The notes under the pieces: model-generated
Seen by the model: only the letters and a program-made list of their open reading frames with translations
Database searches by the model: none
What the model was told of the DNA's origin: nothing
In this document: positions 14,501-28,400 of the stretch, piece by piece
Numbering within the stretch: position 1 is the stretch's first letter
Layout of the letters: each line of letters starts with the position of its first letter
Position numbers and translations under genes: made by a program
Assembly (NCBI GenBank): GCA_012295275.1
Contig: CM022665.1
Location: forward strand, 15,686,001 to 15,750,000
From: Chrysomallon squamiferum
Lineage: Eukaryota > Animalia > Mollusca
Reading direction: 5' to 3'
DNA: 64,000 nucleotides

Positions 14501-17500
14501 TTTTAAAGCGATAATAACAAATTCATTCATAATTCTATTATTATATAATTGTTTTTCTCAGTGGACCATACTGACTACACATCCCATCTCAAACAAACAA
14601 ACAACTACATTGAGAGACTGAAGATTGACATAGAAGAACTGAATGCCATGTTTGCTGTAGAGAACTTGGATGTCCATGTGCCAATCCTGTGTCTGAGGAC
14701 ATCACTGGAAGGAAGAATCAACGATTGGTCAAATAAGGTTTTTATTTTTTAAGTATTATTGTTTTAAAAATTGTCAGTCCATTAAGGTTATGATAAGTAT
14801 TATTTCTAAAAATGGGTGCAGAATTATATTCTGGTTTTAATTTTTTTTTTTTTTTCAGAACATTTCTGTATCATAATTTCAGGTTTATGATTTAAAAATA
14901 AACTTGAATTTTCACATTGTAACATTTTGTTTTAAAATGAAAGCAAAAATCAACAACTGTTTAAATAAACTTTTTATTTCTCAGTATGATTGGATTAGTA
15001 TATTAAGGATATTGTGCAGTATTCTGTTCCAAAATGGTGCTAAAATATAATTATCTAGGGTTGTCTTTTTTCTGATTCATAACTTCAGTTTTATACTTTA
15101 ATCATAAACCTATTTCATGTAATAATATTTGGATTTAAAATGGATAGAAGACTTCAGACTTACATTAAAGTAGTAACACTATTTATCCATTTAAAAGAAA
15201 ATATTTTACCTTAGATAAAAAAAATGAAAGAAAACAAAAAACAGAAAGAAAGAAATTACTGTTTTGACTCATGTTCCGTTTAACTAATTCTGAGACCATA
15301 TATGTTAAGTTAATTTTGAAAAATTTAAACATAATGAAAGTAATAATGAGTTTATAGCCAAACAAATTAATTTGTTACAGCTTCATATTGAAGGAGAGTT
15401 TCACTTGGAGATGTTTTATTTCAATGAGAAGTTAGATGTCTGGGAACCACTCATTGAGCCAGTGATGGTTACGGAGGGGGTGTACAGACCATGGGAAGTT
15501 CTTATCAAGGTATTTGACTTCTATCTACCATGAAGATACATATGAGACACACAAACACATGAACACCCAAACCCCCCTCCCACACACAGAGAGGTAGACA
15601 ACACAGATGCAGTAGCAGCCTTCCTGTCTATTGCCTACAAAAACACCCAAACATATTTCATCTGTATGTATACACCTATACTGTCCAGAGCAATCTATAA
15701 TAAAAAATACATGCATGCACACACTCATGCAATCACACACAGATACCCAAACCCACTTATACCACTGAGAAATAAACCATATATATGCACTAATTGTGGT
15801 AAATACACAAATACACATTCCATTTACATATTATCTGTAGTGCGGTTTGTAGTAACACACACACCCACACACACACATATACATGCATGCATGCACACAA
15901 GAACAATTTTTTTTTTTTTAAATTAATAATTAAAACTTTCCTCAGGTGGTGAGAACCAAAGGTTTTCCAATGGCATGCAACTACAGTGATGGAGATCTTG
16001 ATATTCCTGATGGTCTTCAGAATGAGGTCCAGAATCTGATGCACAAGGCTCGGATCAAGTCCAGCAGCTCTGAGACGGACTCGGACACAGCTGAGGACAT
16101 GACCATTATTCGCAGACGGTCACTACGCAAGTCACGTCTTAGCAGTGAGACTAGCTTTGGTATTTTTTACATGTTGCATGTTACATTAGATTTTTTTTGT
16201 TTTTATTTTGTTCCTAAGCTTCAAAAAAGAATAAGGAAATCACTGGACAAATCACTATAATATCCACCTGGGATAAAGTTTTATAAATAATTTGATGTGT
16301 GACTTAATGAGTAGATGAGAAAAAAAGGGAAAGTCTCAATCCTTTTTTAAAATATATTTTGCAAGCATTATGTATTATTGTTAAACTTTATAGTTAGCAA
16401 CAAAAGGTTGGATTCTTAGATGTGTAAGCAGTCAACAGGAAGTTCAAAATGTAAAGATAATTGGGCATTTTATTCACACCATTATTATTATTATTATTTT
16501 TTTTTTTTATTTTTTTTTTTTATGAGTAGACATAATTAAAATGTCTGAGATTCTGCCACTGTACTGGTTATGTTATCAATATTTTGTAACCAATAATTAA
16601 ATAAATCTGTTTGTTTTACAGTTAGGTATAGCATAGTATTTTTAAATCATGTTTCTGTGAACAAATTAATGTAATTTTTATAAAGGTTTTAGCAGAAAAC
16701 TAAAAAACTAATATAATATAAAATTATCTTAATTATTAAAGAAGAAATCACACATACACTCACACACACACACACAAGCACAAACATAAATATATACACA
16801 TACATTCATATGTACATACATGCATACATTATATACATACATACCTACCTACATATGAGTTTAATACAATATTTTTTTCTCTTGGTAATAGGTTTATGTA
16901 AGAACAAAAAACAAATATTTTGACGTTTTTAGTTTGAGATTAATATGAATTTATATCTATTTTATTTATTTTATTTTATTTTTTAATTTTTAGTTTATTA
17001 AAATAAATTTTACTACATTTTAATAGAATAAATGTTGGCGAGTTAGCATGTTAGTAGATTACAGTGTTAGTTAGCATGTTAATAGAAACTGATTTTAGAT
17101 ACAGCATGTTAGTAGACACTAGAATTTCCTTAGTTCTAATCCTGCTTGTTAGATCCAAGAAATGAGATAAATGCAATTTATTTGCAGTTTTGAATTATTA
17201 TATACTTTATTTAAGATAAATAAAAGATATTGTGCATTTTGACTTAAATATTTAAATGAATGTTTGAGTTCTAATCCAGAAGTTCTCAACTGTTACTAAT
17301 TAAAAACATATAACCTTTCTGTAGCTTCACATTCCTCTCATGCATCTGAAATATTTACACAGACTTTTAATTAATAATCTACTAATATTCATAATCTACA
17401 AAGATTAATAAATTTTAATATATATTACTTTACAATATTAACACACTACCATTCATTCTGATATTAACATCTTATTGAGCTGAACTTGTAAATATCTTGA

Positions 17501-20500
17501 CTTCTTGTCTGGTAGATAAATGGAATCTTTCATCTCACCTGTACATGTTACTTGTGTGTCACCCAGCAGAGCTTATCTTTCAGGATCTCTAAGTCACCAT
17601 AGTAGCATACAGGGAGAGTCTGATTCAGAACCAGAAAACTTCATTCAGAACATCACCAACAAACTGGGCAGCATCTTCAGCAGTGACAGCAGTGATGCTG
17701 ATGTTAGTGAAACAGAGGACACTGATGATATTTTTGACCCATCGCTTGACAAACCTGTTTTTATAACATCTCGAGGACCTGTACATATGTCTGCTGGTTA
17801 GGACAGTATTGTGTTTTTGATGTTGTCTCTTGATATTGTCAGCATTTTCTTTTTATTTACCAGGCATTTGATATTGTTACTTGGCATCAGTAATTCTTTC
17901 ATTTGTTTAGATAGTTCCACAGCTCCTATTAATATTATTCATTGGCTGCCTGTTTATATAGTTCCACAGTCCTATTCATTTTTTAATTTGCTGTCTGGTT
18001 ACATAGTTCCACAGTCCTATTCATTTTTTAATTTGCTGTCTGGTTACATAGTTCCACAGTCCTATTCATTTTTTAATTTGCTGTCTGGTTACATAGTTCC
18101 ACAGCCCTATTCATTTTTTAATTTGCTGTCTGGTTACATAGTTCCACAGTCCTATTCATTTTTTAATTTGCTGTCTGGTTACATAGTTCCACAGTCCTAT
18201 TCATTTTTTAATTTGCTGTCTGGTTACATAGTTCCACAGTCTTATTCATTTTTTAATTTGCTGTCTGGTTACATAGTTCCACAGTCCTATTCATTTTTTA
18301 ATTTGCTGTCTGGTTACATAGTTCCACAGTCCTATTCATTTTTTAATTTGCTGTCTGGTTATATAGTTCCATGGCCCTATTGATTTTTTTATTTATCTGT
18401 TATATAGTTCCAGGGTCTCATTCAATTTTTTATTTATCTGTTATATAGTTCCACAGCCCAAGTAACATTTTTCATTGGCTATCTATTTATAAAGTTTCAT
18501 GGTTACAGTAAATTTTTGATTTGCTGTTTGTTTATAAAGTACAACCTACCTTTTGTTACGTATCCGCTTCATTAAAATCCATGCTGTTTTAGAGGTAATT
18601 ATTGGTGAAGTTTATAACTTGACAAGATTATTGTTGATGTTGTCATTTCTGTTGTTGCATGTTAAATATGATTTTAAAATTATTATTATTATTTTTTTTA
18701 GCTATAGTAATTACATAATTATGATGCAATTTGTTAAGATTTCACATTATAGTGCTGTTATTTGTAATGTGTTATTCACTATTTTGATGCCATTTCTCAC
18801 ATCAAGGATTTAATAAAAAAAAAAATAAGAGGGAGGGTGGACACAGTCATGATACTGGAATAACTGTTGAGATCAAATGAGTTACATTATAAAACATGAA
18901 AAACAAAAAAATAATGGGACAGTGCAAAATGCACACCTCATGCATATTTACTTACTAATGGGCAGTTTTCTCCAGTGTTATGTTGTATTTTAGAAAAAAG
19001 ATGATATATGGTGGTGGATGCAATATTGTTACAGTTTTGTTGTTATTATTATTATTTTTGTTGTAATTATTGTTTTAATGTTGTACATAATTTTAGCAAT
19101 TTTCGTCATAAATGATTACATTAACCATTTATCGTGAGTATAAAAGAGTGTGTTATTTAATTATGTTCAGTTCACTTAAATATATTGATACTTCTTTGTA
19201 TAATCATTAAAATAAAATCATTATTTTCTACATTGCTCTCACTATTTCTGTATTTCCTTCTTTCTTTCCATCTTTCCATCACTGTCTTTTTGTCTCACCA
19301 TTTCCTTCTTCCCATTCTTTCTTCTCTTTCTTTCCCCCTGCCCATTCCATTGCATTTTCCCCCATCTTTCTCTCTTTTATTGTAAAATCTAAATATTCTT
19401 TTCTTTAACATTAACCTTTTTGTGATTATTTTTTAATACCCTACCTTTAAGCAATATAGAAGATAATTTGCTATAGCTAAATATACAAACTGCTTTTTTA
19501 AAACTAATCTACTAACATACTAACTGGACTTATAACTTATTTAATCCAGGTTTCATGACTGCATAAACTGTAATATAATCTTGGTTTTGTATAAATTTAA
19601 GAATAAGCATTTTAATATCCATTAAGTAAATAATAGCACGAGAACATGGAATGCCTACTTTATAATACAAATACATACATCTAATGTTAGATATGTGGTG
19701 CACTGTACATACAGTTATTTATTAGAGAAATTATGTTATGGATCCATTCATCATTGTGTATGTTTGTGTATATATATTTGCATGTGTTTTGTGTGTAAAT
19801 GTGTGTGTGTTAATGTATGTACATGAAAATTTACATTAATCAGTGAAAAATTTACACATGGATGTTTTATTTTTTTTTTTCAGGTACTCTTGGTGTTGAT
19901 CAGATAGATGGTACCATCAGTGCTGTTGTTGACGATGATGATGATGTGGGATCCTGTGTCTACCTCATTGTTGATTCTCAGGATCAGTTACTTCTGAACA
20001 TCACACCACAGGCAATCAGTGTCATTAATGATGTCATACAGGTGTGTTTTACTATTATTAATATAAATAATATACATTCATCAGTGTAATTAATGATGTG
20101 ATACAGGTGTATTTACTAGTTTTAATGTAGATAATGTAAAAAATAATATATTATACATATATCAGTGTAATTAATGATGTTATACAGTTATGTTTACTAT
20201 TTTTAATATATGTAATGTAATACAAATCAGTGTCATTAACAATGTTATACAGCTGTGTTTACTATTTTTAATATATGTCATTTAATAAATAATATATTGT
20301 ACATATAAGTATTAAAAAGACATAGTTTCTTCTGTCAGTTTTTAAGTTTAACCATAAATACTTTTTCACTGAAATGTATATAATTTATTGTACATAATAT
20401 AAATTCTATATTCATAAGTTTGTGGGTCTATTTTTGTTAATATTGTATGACAACCATTTTTTGGCAATTTTTTATCTTTTTTTTTCTTCTGAATTTTGTT

Positions 20501-21700
20501 GAAAAAGTTTGTATTCTCAGTTTAAAACTTTCTGAAAATATTACCTCACACACTTTAAAGCCATTTATCAAGTTTAAAAGAGCAGTAACTTAATTTTTAA
20601 TTATTGTCATTCAGTGAGATTACTGTTGTTTCAAAACTAATATTTTGTAGTTTCTAAATAACTAAAACTAGAAAAGTGTAAGTGATAATATTATATTAGT
20701 TTGTTTTTATTTTTTTACTTTAAGCTTTTTTTTAAAAATTACATCAGTTCATTAACAAGGTCGTGACTTTAAAATAGTTACCTTGCTGAAACTAATATCT
20801 GTATGCTATGCCTAACTGTTAAACACACAGATTTAATATCTATTTTTGTTTGCAATGAGGTAATATTCATTTCTGTTCACTTTTCATACCCAACGATCAG
20901 TTTGGATTTTTTCAGGCTTTAGCTGCTCCAGCAGACTCAGATCTTTGTGTGGCTCAAAATCTTCCTGCTTTTAAAGTGATAAATGAAGTGAGTTTATCTT
21001 TGTTTTCAGTTTTTTATATACCTTATCCATTTTTTTTTATACAAGTTAAAAAGTAATGTCCCATGTGCTTTCACTGGGTTAATCTGGATCATTAGATGTA
21101 TAAAACTGAATAAATAGTTTACTTATTTAAAAAAGATCAAAGTATGTAAAAAATTAATATTTTCTTTTATTACTTCAAGTAATAACTGATAATTTATCAT
21201 CACCTTTAACACTGTAATAATCATCATAATCATCATTATCATCACTGTTGACCTTTTTATTATTGGATATATTAGACAAGTTTAGGAAAAGTGTTTAATT
21301 GAGATTTTTATTTTTAGCTTGGAGTTCATGCCACAGTGACTCTTCATCCAGACTGGAAGGTAAAAATAATTTATTATTATTTATGTTACGCACTGAAAGC
21401 AGGTGTGTGTTATAATAAAACATCTGAAAATTAAATATAAATTAAATTTTAATAAAGGTTGGAAGGAGCACCTTATTTTCCTTGAATTTTAAAATGTTTT
21501 CAATTAACAGTAATAATAAAAATAATATAGATAATAATAATAATAATACAATTAAAAATAATAAAAATACATAAATAAATAAAAAATAAATAAATTATTT
21601 TATTTATATTTATTTATTTATTTAGTTATTTATCAACTTAATTAATTAATTTTATTTATTTTATTTTATTATTTCATGTAGTTACTTATTTATTTCCTTA

Positions 21701-21734
<34 letters not shown>

Positions 21735-23693
21735 AGTTTTATTTATTTATTCTATTTTATTGTATTTATTATATGTATATAGTTTTTTTTATTATTAATT
21801 TACTCTTTTTTTTATATTTCTTTATTTCTTTATTTTTACAGATCCGAAATGACCACATTAAGAATGCTACAATACTGAAGGCAGGAGAGAACAACCAGGT
21901 TGTCAGTTCTGGCAGTGAGGATGATATTGAGATAATCTGTGAAGAAGAAAGTCCAGAAAAAGATGAGTAAGTAATTACTGTTCTATCCTATACAAGGTTA
22001 AGAAACACTTTCTTGTTATATTCCTCACTGGGCTGTTTCACTGCCCTATAATGTGTTTAGCAAAGGCTGTGATGTGTTGTTATGGTATTTCTGAAATATA
22101 TGTATAACAGATCATCTGAGTATTTATTAGTGTGGTTATAGAACATATCTTTTCTCATTTTCTCATTATCTGATATATAAATAATAAACACACACACACA
22201 CACACTCACAGATACATACACAAACATACACATACACATACATATACATATGCATACACATATTCTTAAACATACCCATATGCACACAAACATGTATGTA
22301 CATATTTTACTTCTTTTATGTATTTGTAGAAAATGTACTGAAATATACTTACATCTGTTGTATATTCATGCTTGCTTGACTAGAGCATGCTGTCTGCAGA
22401 CAGTTACTCTGTTAGAAAATTGACTGGAAGAGTTTACATTTACCCAGTTAATAAGAAACAGATTCACACCTGTTGACCAATTACTGCTATTTTCTTCAAC
22501 ACCAGTATTGTTTAAAACTAGTTTTGAAAAAAAATACTGCAGTATTTGATATCAGTATCTTTAGCCTTAGAATTATAATAATTTACTCCTATTGTTGTAG
22601 GACAAACAAAATTATTAGTAAGTTTACACTTTATAAGAAATGGTTTTATTGCTGTTTAAAGATTATATTTTATTATTGTTTAAATTCTGTTGTAATTTAA
22701 CAGGACACCAGATTCAAAAGGTTTCGTTGAAAAGGTTCTGGCCGATGCTGGTCACACGCTGGTCAATGCTGGGGCATTTGTTTTTGATGATGATGAAGAT
22801 TACCTGTCAGGAAACAGTATGGACATTCACAGGTTTAGACTGCAGGTGAATTACCTTTAATTATCAATGTATTAGGCAGAAATTATATTTGGGTAAATTT
22901 GAAAATCTAGTTAAAGTTTAAATAAGTCTTGTTAAAATTCAAGTAACTGTTATTAAAGCTTAGGTTTATCTTATTAGAAATTTCTTGAGTCTGATTAGAG
23001 TTCAGGTGAGCCTGATTAGATTTTGGGAAAGACCAGATGACATTTTAAATATAACTGAACATGGAAGAAGTAAAATATTAATTTTAATTTTATTTTTATC
23101 AGGTTGATGGATTTGAACCACTGGCTTCCATCCTACACAAAAAAGACTGTCGCAAATTATTGCCACTTGCTCCAAAGAAGGTAAATTATGAATAGATTTT
23201 TCATTTTAGAAATGTCATCCCTTTTCATCTTATAAGTAGTGTATAGATTTTAAATAAAACAAGAAGTTTTGAAATGTACATATATATATTTTTTAATGTA
23301 TTAAAATGCCTTTGATTAATCTTCCATCAAAGTTTTATTATAAATAAAACATCAATTCATTATTATTTAAAAAATATATATATGATAATTCATATTTTAA
23401 ATCAGAATAAACTGATGCAAATTATTTTAAAATGATAAATTTATGTATTAATTATTGGTGTTTTGAGGTAAAATATAAAATGAGTTGTTTTGATTAACAT
23501 TTAGGTTTGACATTTTAAAGGACCAGTGCAAACAAAAAACATTTTTGACAATTTGAATTTAAATATTTTAATTTTAATTTTTATTCAGTCGGATGATATG
23601 GACTTTGAGGTATTATGAATTGTTTATGAATATTAATAATAAAATACACTGGTTCTCATATTTTCATATTTTGTTATCATTTTAATTTTACTT

Positions 23694-23729
<36 letters not shown>

Positions 23730-24729
23730 CATATAATTATTTTAACCAGAATTATTTTATTTTAATATATTTATAAAAACTAGTTTATTATCTTTTCTTT
23801 TTATTCATTTTGTTACGGTTTTGTTCTATTTATTTTATTTTTATTAATTTTATTTATAAATCTATCTTTTTTTCAGAAGTTTATTTATTTATTTTTTTTT
23901 AAATTAATTTGCTTTTATTTATGTAATTATTTGAGGTTCATTTTTATTAATTTTTTTGTTATTTTTAAAATGTTTATCAAAATTTATTTTATCTTTTAGT
24001 TCAACATATAAATATTAAATGTTTTCATTATTATTTGTTAATTTAATTTTTTTATATGGTTAATGAACTTTATTTTACATTATTTTATTTTATTTTATTT
24101 ATAACTTTTTAAATAATTTATTTTATTTTTTGGTTTAACTTACTACTTACTATTAATTGTTTTTGTTATTATTTATTATTATTATTATTATTTTTTTTTT
24201 AATGTATTTTGGCAGTTTATGATATTTTATTTCTTAGTTTAGTTTATTAAGGTGGTGCACAGCAGAAAAAAAAAAGAAAAGGAAAAAATATAATTAATGA
24301 AATATAACATTTTTTATATTATAACATATTGTGTTATGTAACATTAGAATATTTTCCATAGCATATAACGTTATTTGAGAACCAGTTTATTTTCTGCAGA
24401 AATTTGATGTTGTCAAAAGTGTAAATAGCTTCACAGCATGTTGTGTTGTGCTGTAGTTAGAAAACATTTATTTAAAACAGCAGAAAGATGAAGATTATTT
24501 CACATACAATTTGTGACTGAGTATACTTGTATGTGAATGTGTATGTATGTAGATGTGTTTATATGTGTTTTTTTTTTTTTTTTTTGTAATATGTAATATA
24601 TGTCTAAATGTAAATGTGTATGTATGTATGTATGTAGATATATGTGTCTGTGTTTGTAATAAATATGTACATATGTGTATATTTGTAATATATGTAAAAC
24701 TGTATATGTATGTATGTATGTGTATGTAC

Positions 24730-24784
<55 letters not shown>

Positions 24785-25375
24785 CACATATATACATAGA
24801 CAAATATGTCTATATGTTTATGTATTTGTGATATATATAAATCTGTGTGTGTGTGATTAACAAATTTAATACCATTTTAAATTTTGGTGAAAAAAGTGTC
24901 TTTTTATTTGTTTTTTTTAATGGAACTTTTATTTTCAGGTTGCTTTATAAAATGTGATTATACAGATACACCAAAAGAAAATGATTAAACCAACATTATG
25001 TGTTATTTTTGTTGTTTTGTTTTTACTTCTTTCTTTCTTGGTATTTGTCACATTATAACAAATTATCAGTTAATTCAAAGTTAATTCTCTGTTTCTCATT
25101 GTCTCTGTCATTGTGTTTTTCTTTCCCTTTCTGTCTCTGTTGCTGCTTCCTTCAGTGTCTCTCTGTGTGTGTATATCTGTTTCTGTGTTAATCTATCAGT
25201 AATCAAATTGATAAATATTTGTATTTATTTATAGAACTGCACTCGATACTGTTTTGTTCTGGATATTGATATTTGGCATGGGAGCAAAGTCATCAAGATG
25301 TACTCCCCACTTCAGGTTTGTATTACTGTTAATAATAATAATAATAATAATAATATCAATAACAATAACAATAAC

Positions 25376-25407
<32 letters not shown>

Positions 25408-28400
25408 TTATTATTATTATTATTAATATTATTGTTATTAAAATATTTTCATGATTGTATCATTTGTGTCATTATTATTTTCTTCTCATTAATATTGTAT
25501 TATTATTATTATTGTTATTATCGTCATCATCATTACTGTTATTATTATTGTTGTTGTTATTATTTTTAATATTACCATACTTATTATCTTTTAGTCCTGC
25601 ATCCTTCAACAATTTTGAGAAAATAATATATAACTAAAAAAAAAAAAAAAAAAAAAAGAAAAAGAAATGTTTAAAGTACATATGGCCAAAAAAAGAAAAA
25701 CAACCAAAAATTCTGACATATTAAACTCTGACTAACTGACTGATTGATTGGCTGAAAAAAGTGCTAATCAGAACAAGCAACTGTGTTGCGCCTGCATCAG
25801 TCATGCTCTCTGACAAAGCCAGGGGGCGCTTATGTTGCAGAAAATATTTAACTCCATAATATATATTTTTATATATCAAGGAAATGTAGATGTAACAAAA
25901 TTTATTTCAAATGAGTTATTATTAAAATTATTTTTCTTTGTAAGGCTTTATCACTAATTATTAATGAAATACTTTACACACTTGTCATAAAAAATACATA
26001 TTTCTGAATATTTTTGTAGCCTTTTCCCACTCAGACAAAAAATATATTAATTAATTGGAATTTGACTTTGAGCAATATATTTTACTGTTATAATAATGTT
26101 TTTCAGACAGGTTGTTAAATGTGGTTATTTTAATGTTGCTTTCAGCTGAAAAACAATCTGACCCTTGCTGTAGACGTTTGGTGTAGAACTGAAGATCTGA
26201 AGAAATATCGAGCAATGGAGTCATTAGCTGGAATGGCAGAGTACTCCAAACTGGCAACAGTTGCACAACAAGAAGTGTATTATCTCCCTCTGTTTGTTGC
26301 ATTTCACTGCAAACTGCACATAGCTCCATCAGATTTGAGGTAAGTAAATTGTAAATTTAAACAGCCACACAATTAATTATAACCAATTTATCAAAAGATA
26401 AAATTTATATTAAGTAAAGAATATATTTTTAAAATGTTTTATGAATTTACCACATATACTTTTTTCAGTATTAAAAATAGTTTGTTTCTAAAGCAAATAA
26501 ATAAATAAAAATATAAGTGAAAATATGGTAATAAACTAAAAACATAATAAATATCATGTTAACAAATAAATTAATTTTTGATATAGCTTTTTCAAATAAT
26601 TAAATAGTACATTTATTAAAAAAAAAAAAAAAAATTATTAAATGTTTACCATATATTTATGGTTCAAAATATAATTATCATTTTTTGTTTCTCTTTTGAC
26701 AATATTAGCTATGACTTGACATACAACCCCCTCTGGTGGCAAGATTTGGTTCAGGCAAAGGAAAAGAGTAAATATTTTATGTGCCAATCTCAGAATGAAG
26801 AGAAAAAGTCTTTCAACTTCAAGGTTATTATTTTTCCTGCTTTATTTATTTTTTAAAGAATTTAATAATTTTCATTTTATGGATTTATATTTTAGTAACA
26901 CTTAAATAAATAATAAATTAGAGTTTGTTGTGGAATTTAAAAAAATAAAAAAATTAGAAAGGATATTTTTTGTTCCTGTTATTTACATTTTCGTTTTGAA
27001 TTTAAGTCATCTGCTTAGCAGTTCTACTATTTTCTCCATTTCACATGATATTATTTTCACTCAGATGCAGCTTAAATTTAAAAATAATAATAATAATAAG
27101 TAAAAAAAAAAGAAGAAGAAGAGCAACATAATTAGTGAATGACTGAATGAATTATTGTTCAGTGTAACCTTAGAATTTTTACAAATAGATTATTTTAATT
27201 AGTTATATTAAATTTAACATTTTACATGTAGTTACCCAACCAAATGAAAATCATCTCACAGAAACCAAACTGTTGTTTACTGGAAACCACACTGTTTAAT
27301 AGTGGAGTCAATTCATATTTATAAAAAGCACATTCTTTTGTTTGAATTATGTTTCATCACCATTGGCCGAAATAAATGAACTTTTGAAATGTTTATAAAA
27401 ACTGTTAAATTGTAACTTTTATTTTAATTGTTTATATAATTTTTACTGTATATTTGTATAAGGAAGTATAAAGTTTATAATTTATTTTAATTGCTTTTAT
27501 TATTTTTACTATATATTTATGTAAGGAAATTAAAAAATTCTAAACATACTTTAATTGTTTATATTATTTTTAATGTATAGTGATAGGTGATGTATAAGGA
27601 ATTATAAAATTTTTACTTATTTTAATTGTTTACAATATTTTTACTCATTGTTTTTATGTGATGTGAAAGGATGTATAAAATGTTAAATTTATTTGAATTT
27701 TTTATTTTTTTTATTTTTACTATATATTTATGTAAGTAAGTATAAACTTTGTACTTATTTTAATTATGTGTTTATTTATTTATTTTTTACTATATGTGTC
27801 ATTCCATGTCAAATTACCAATAAAAATAAAAATTTAAACCCGACCGTCTCAGATGTTTATGAAACTTGGTATACTTGTGGACTAAGATCCCACAGCATCA
27901 AACAAAAAATATTACACCCACGAAACTTTTATATGTTTTAGTTAACATGTGGGAGATTAAATTTCAATAAAGGTCATCTCAAGGTCACATGATCCACAGT
28001 GTCAATTTCAAGGTCATAACAAAGGTCAAAAGGTCAGTGACCACCAAATCCTTGTCATATTGCCTTTTGAACAATACCAATTTTATGAAGATTGGCCCAG
28101 TAGTTCCTGAGATATGAGGGTTCTAAGGTTGGTGTCATGCCCATTTTTGCCAAAAATCTCAAACTTTGGGGGGCCATATCTCCCACACCACTGGTCCGAT
28201 TGGCCTAAAATTTGTGCTGTGGGATCCCAATCAACAAGTATATCAAGTTTCATAAAAATCTGAGACGGTCGGGTTTAACCCATTGGGTGATTTGACACTG
28301 AATGACCCTTATATTTGTAGGTGCTATGTAAGGAAGTATGAAATTTTGAATTTGTTTTATTTAATTATATTATTTTTACTGTACATTTGTGTAAGTAAGT

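Noticed and set aside
16610-16632. ttttacag|ttag|gtatag as a tiny microexon
   Set aside because: 4 nt would shift the frame; likely chance.
17511-17583. Upstream acceptors (ggtag 17515; cagcag 17564-17569) and ATG 17520 as the start of the exon
   Set aside because: Out of phase with the phase-1 donor at 16159; only 17584 keeps the frame.
17958-18362. Regular repeats as a CRISPR array
   Set aside because: Head-to-tail identical units without unique spacers, in a eukaryotic intron.
22385-22475. Coding-looking stretch [18 protein letters not shown] in an intron
   Set aside because: I found no acceptor/donor pair compatible with the phase-2 intron, and the frame ends in TGA.
11056-26329. Minus-strand ORFs at 11056, 14152, 15790 and 26051
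   Set aside because: Antisense shadows of VPS13 exons.
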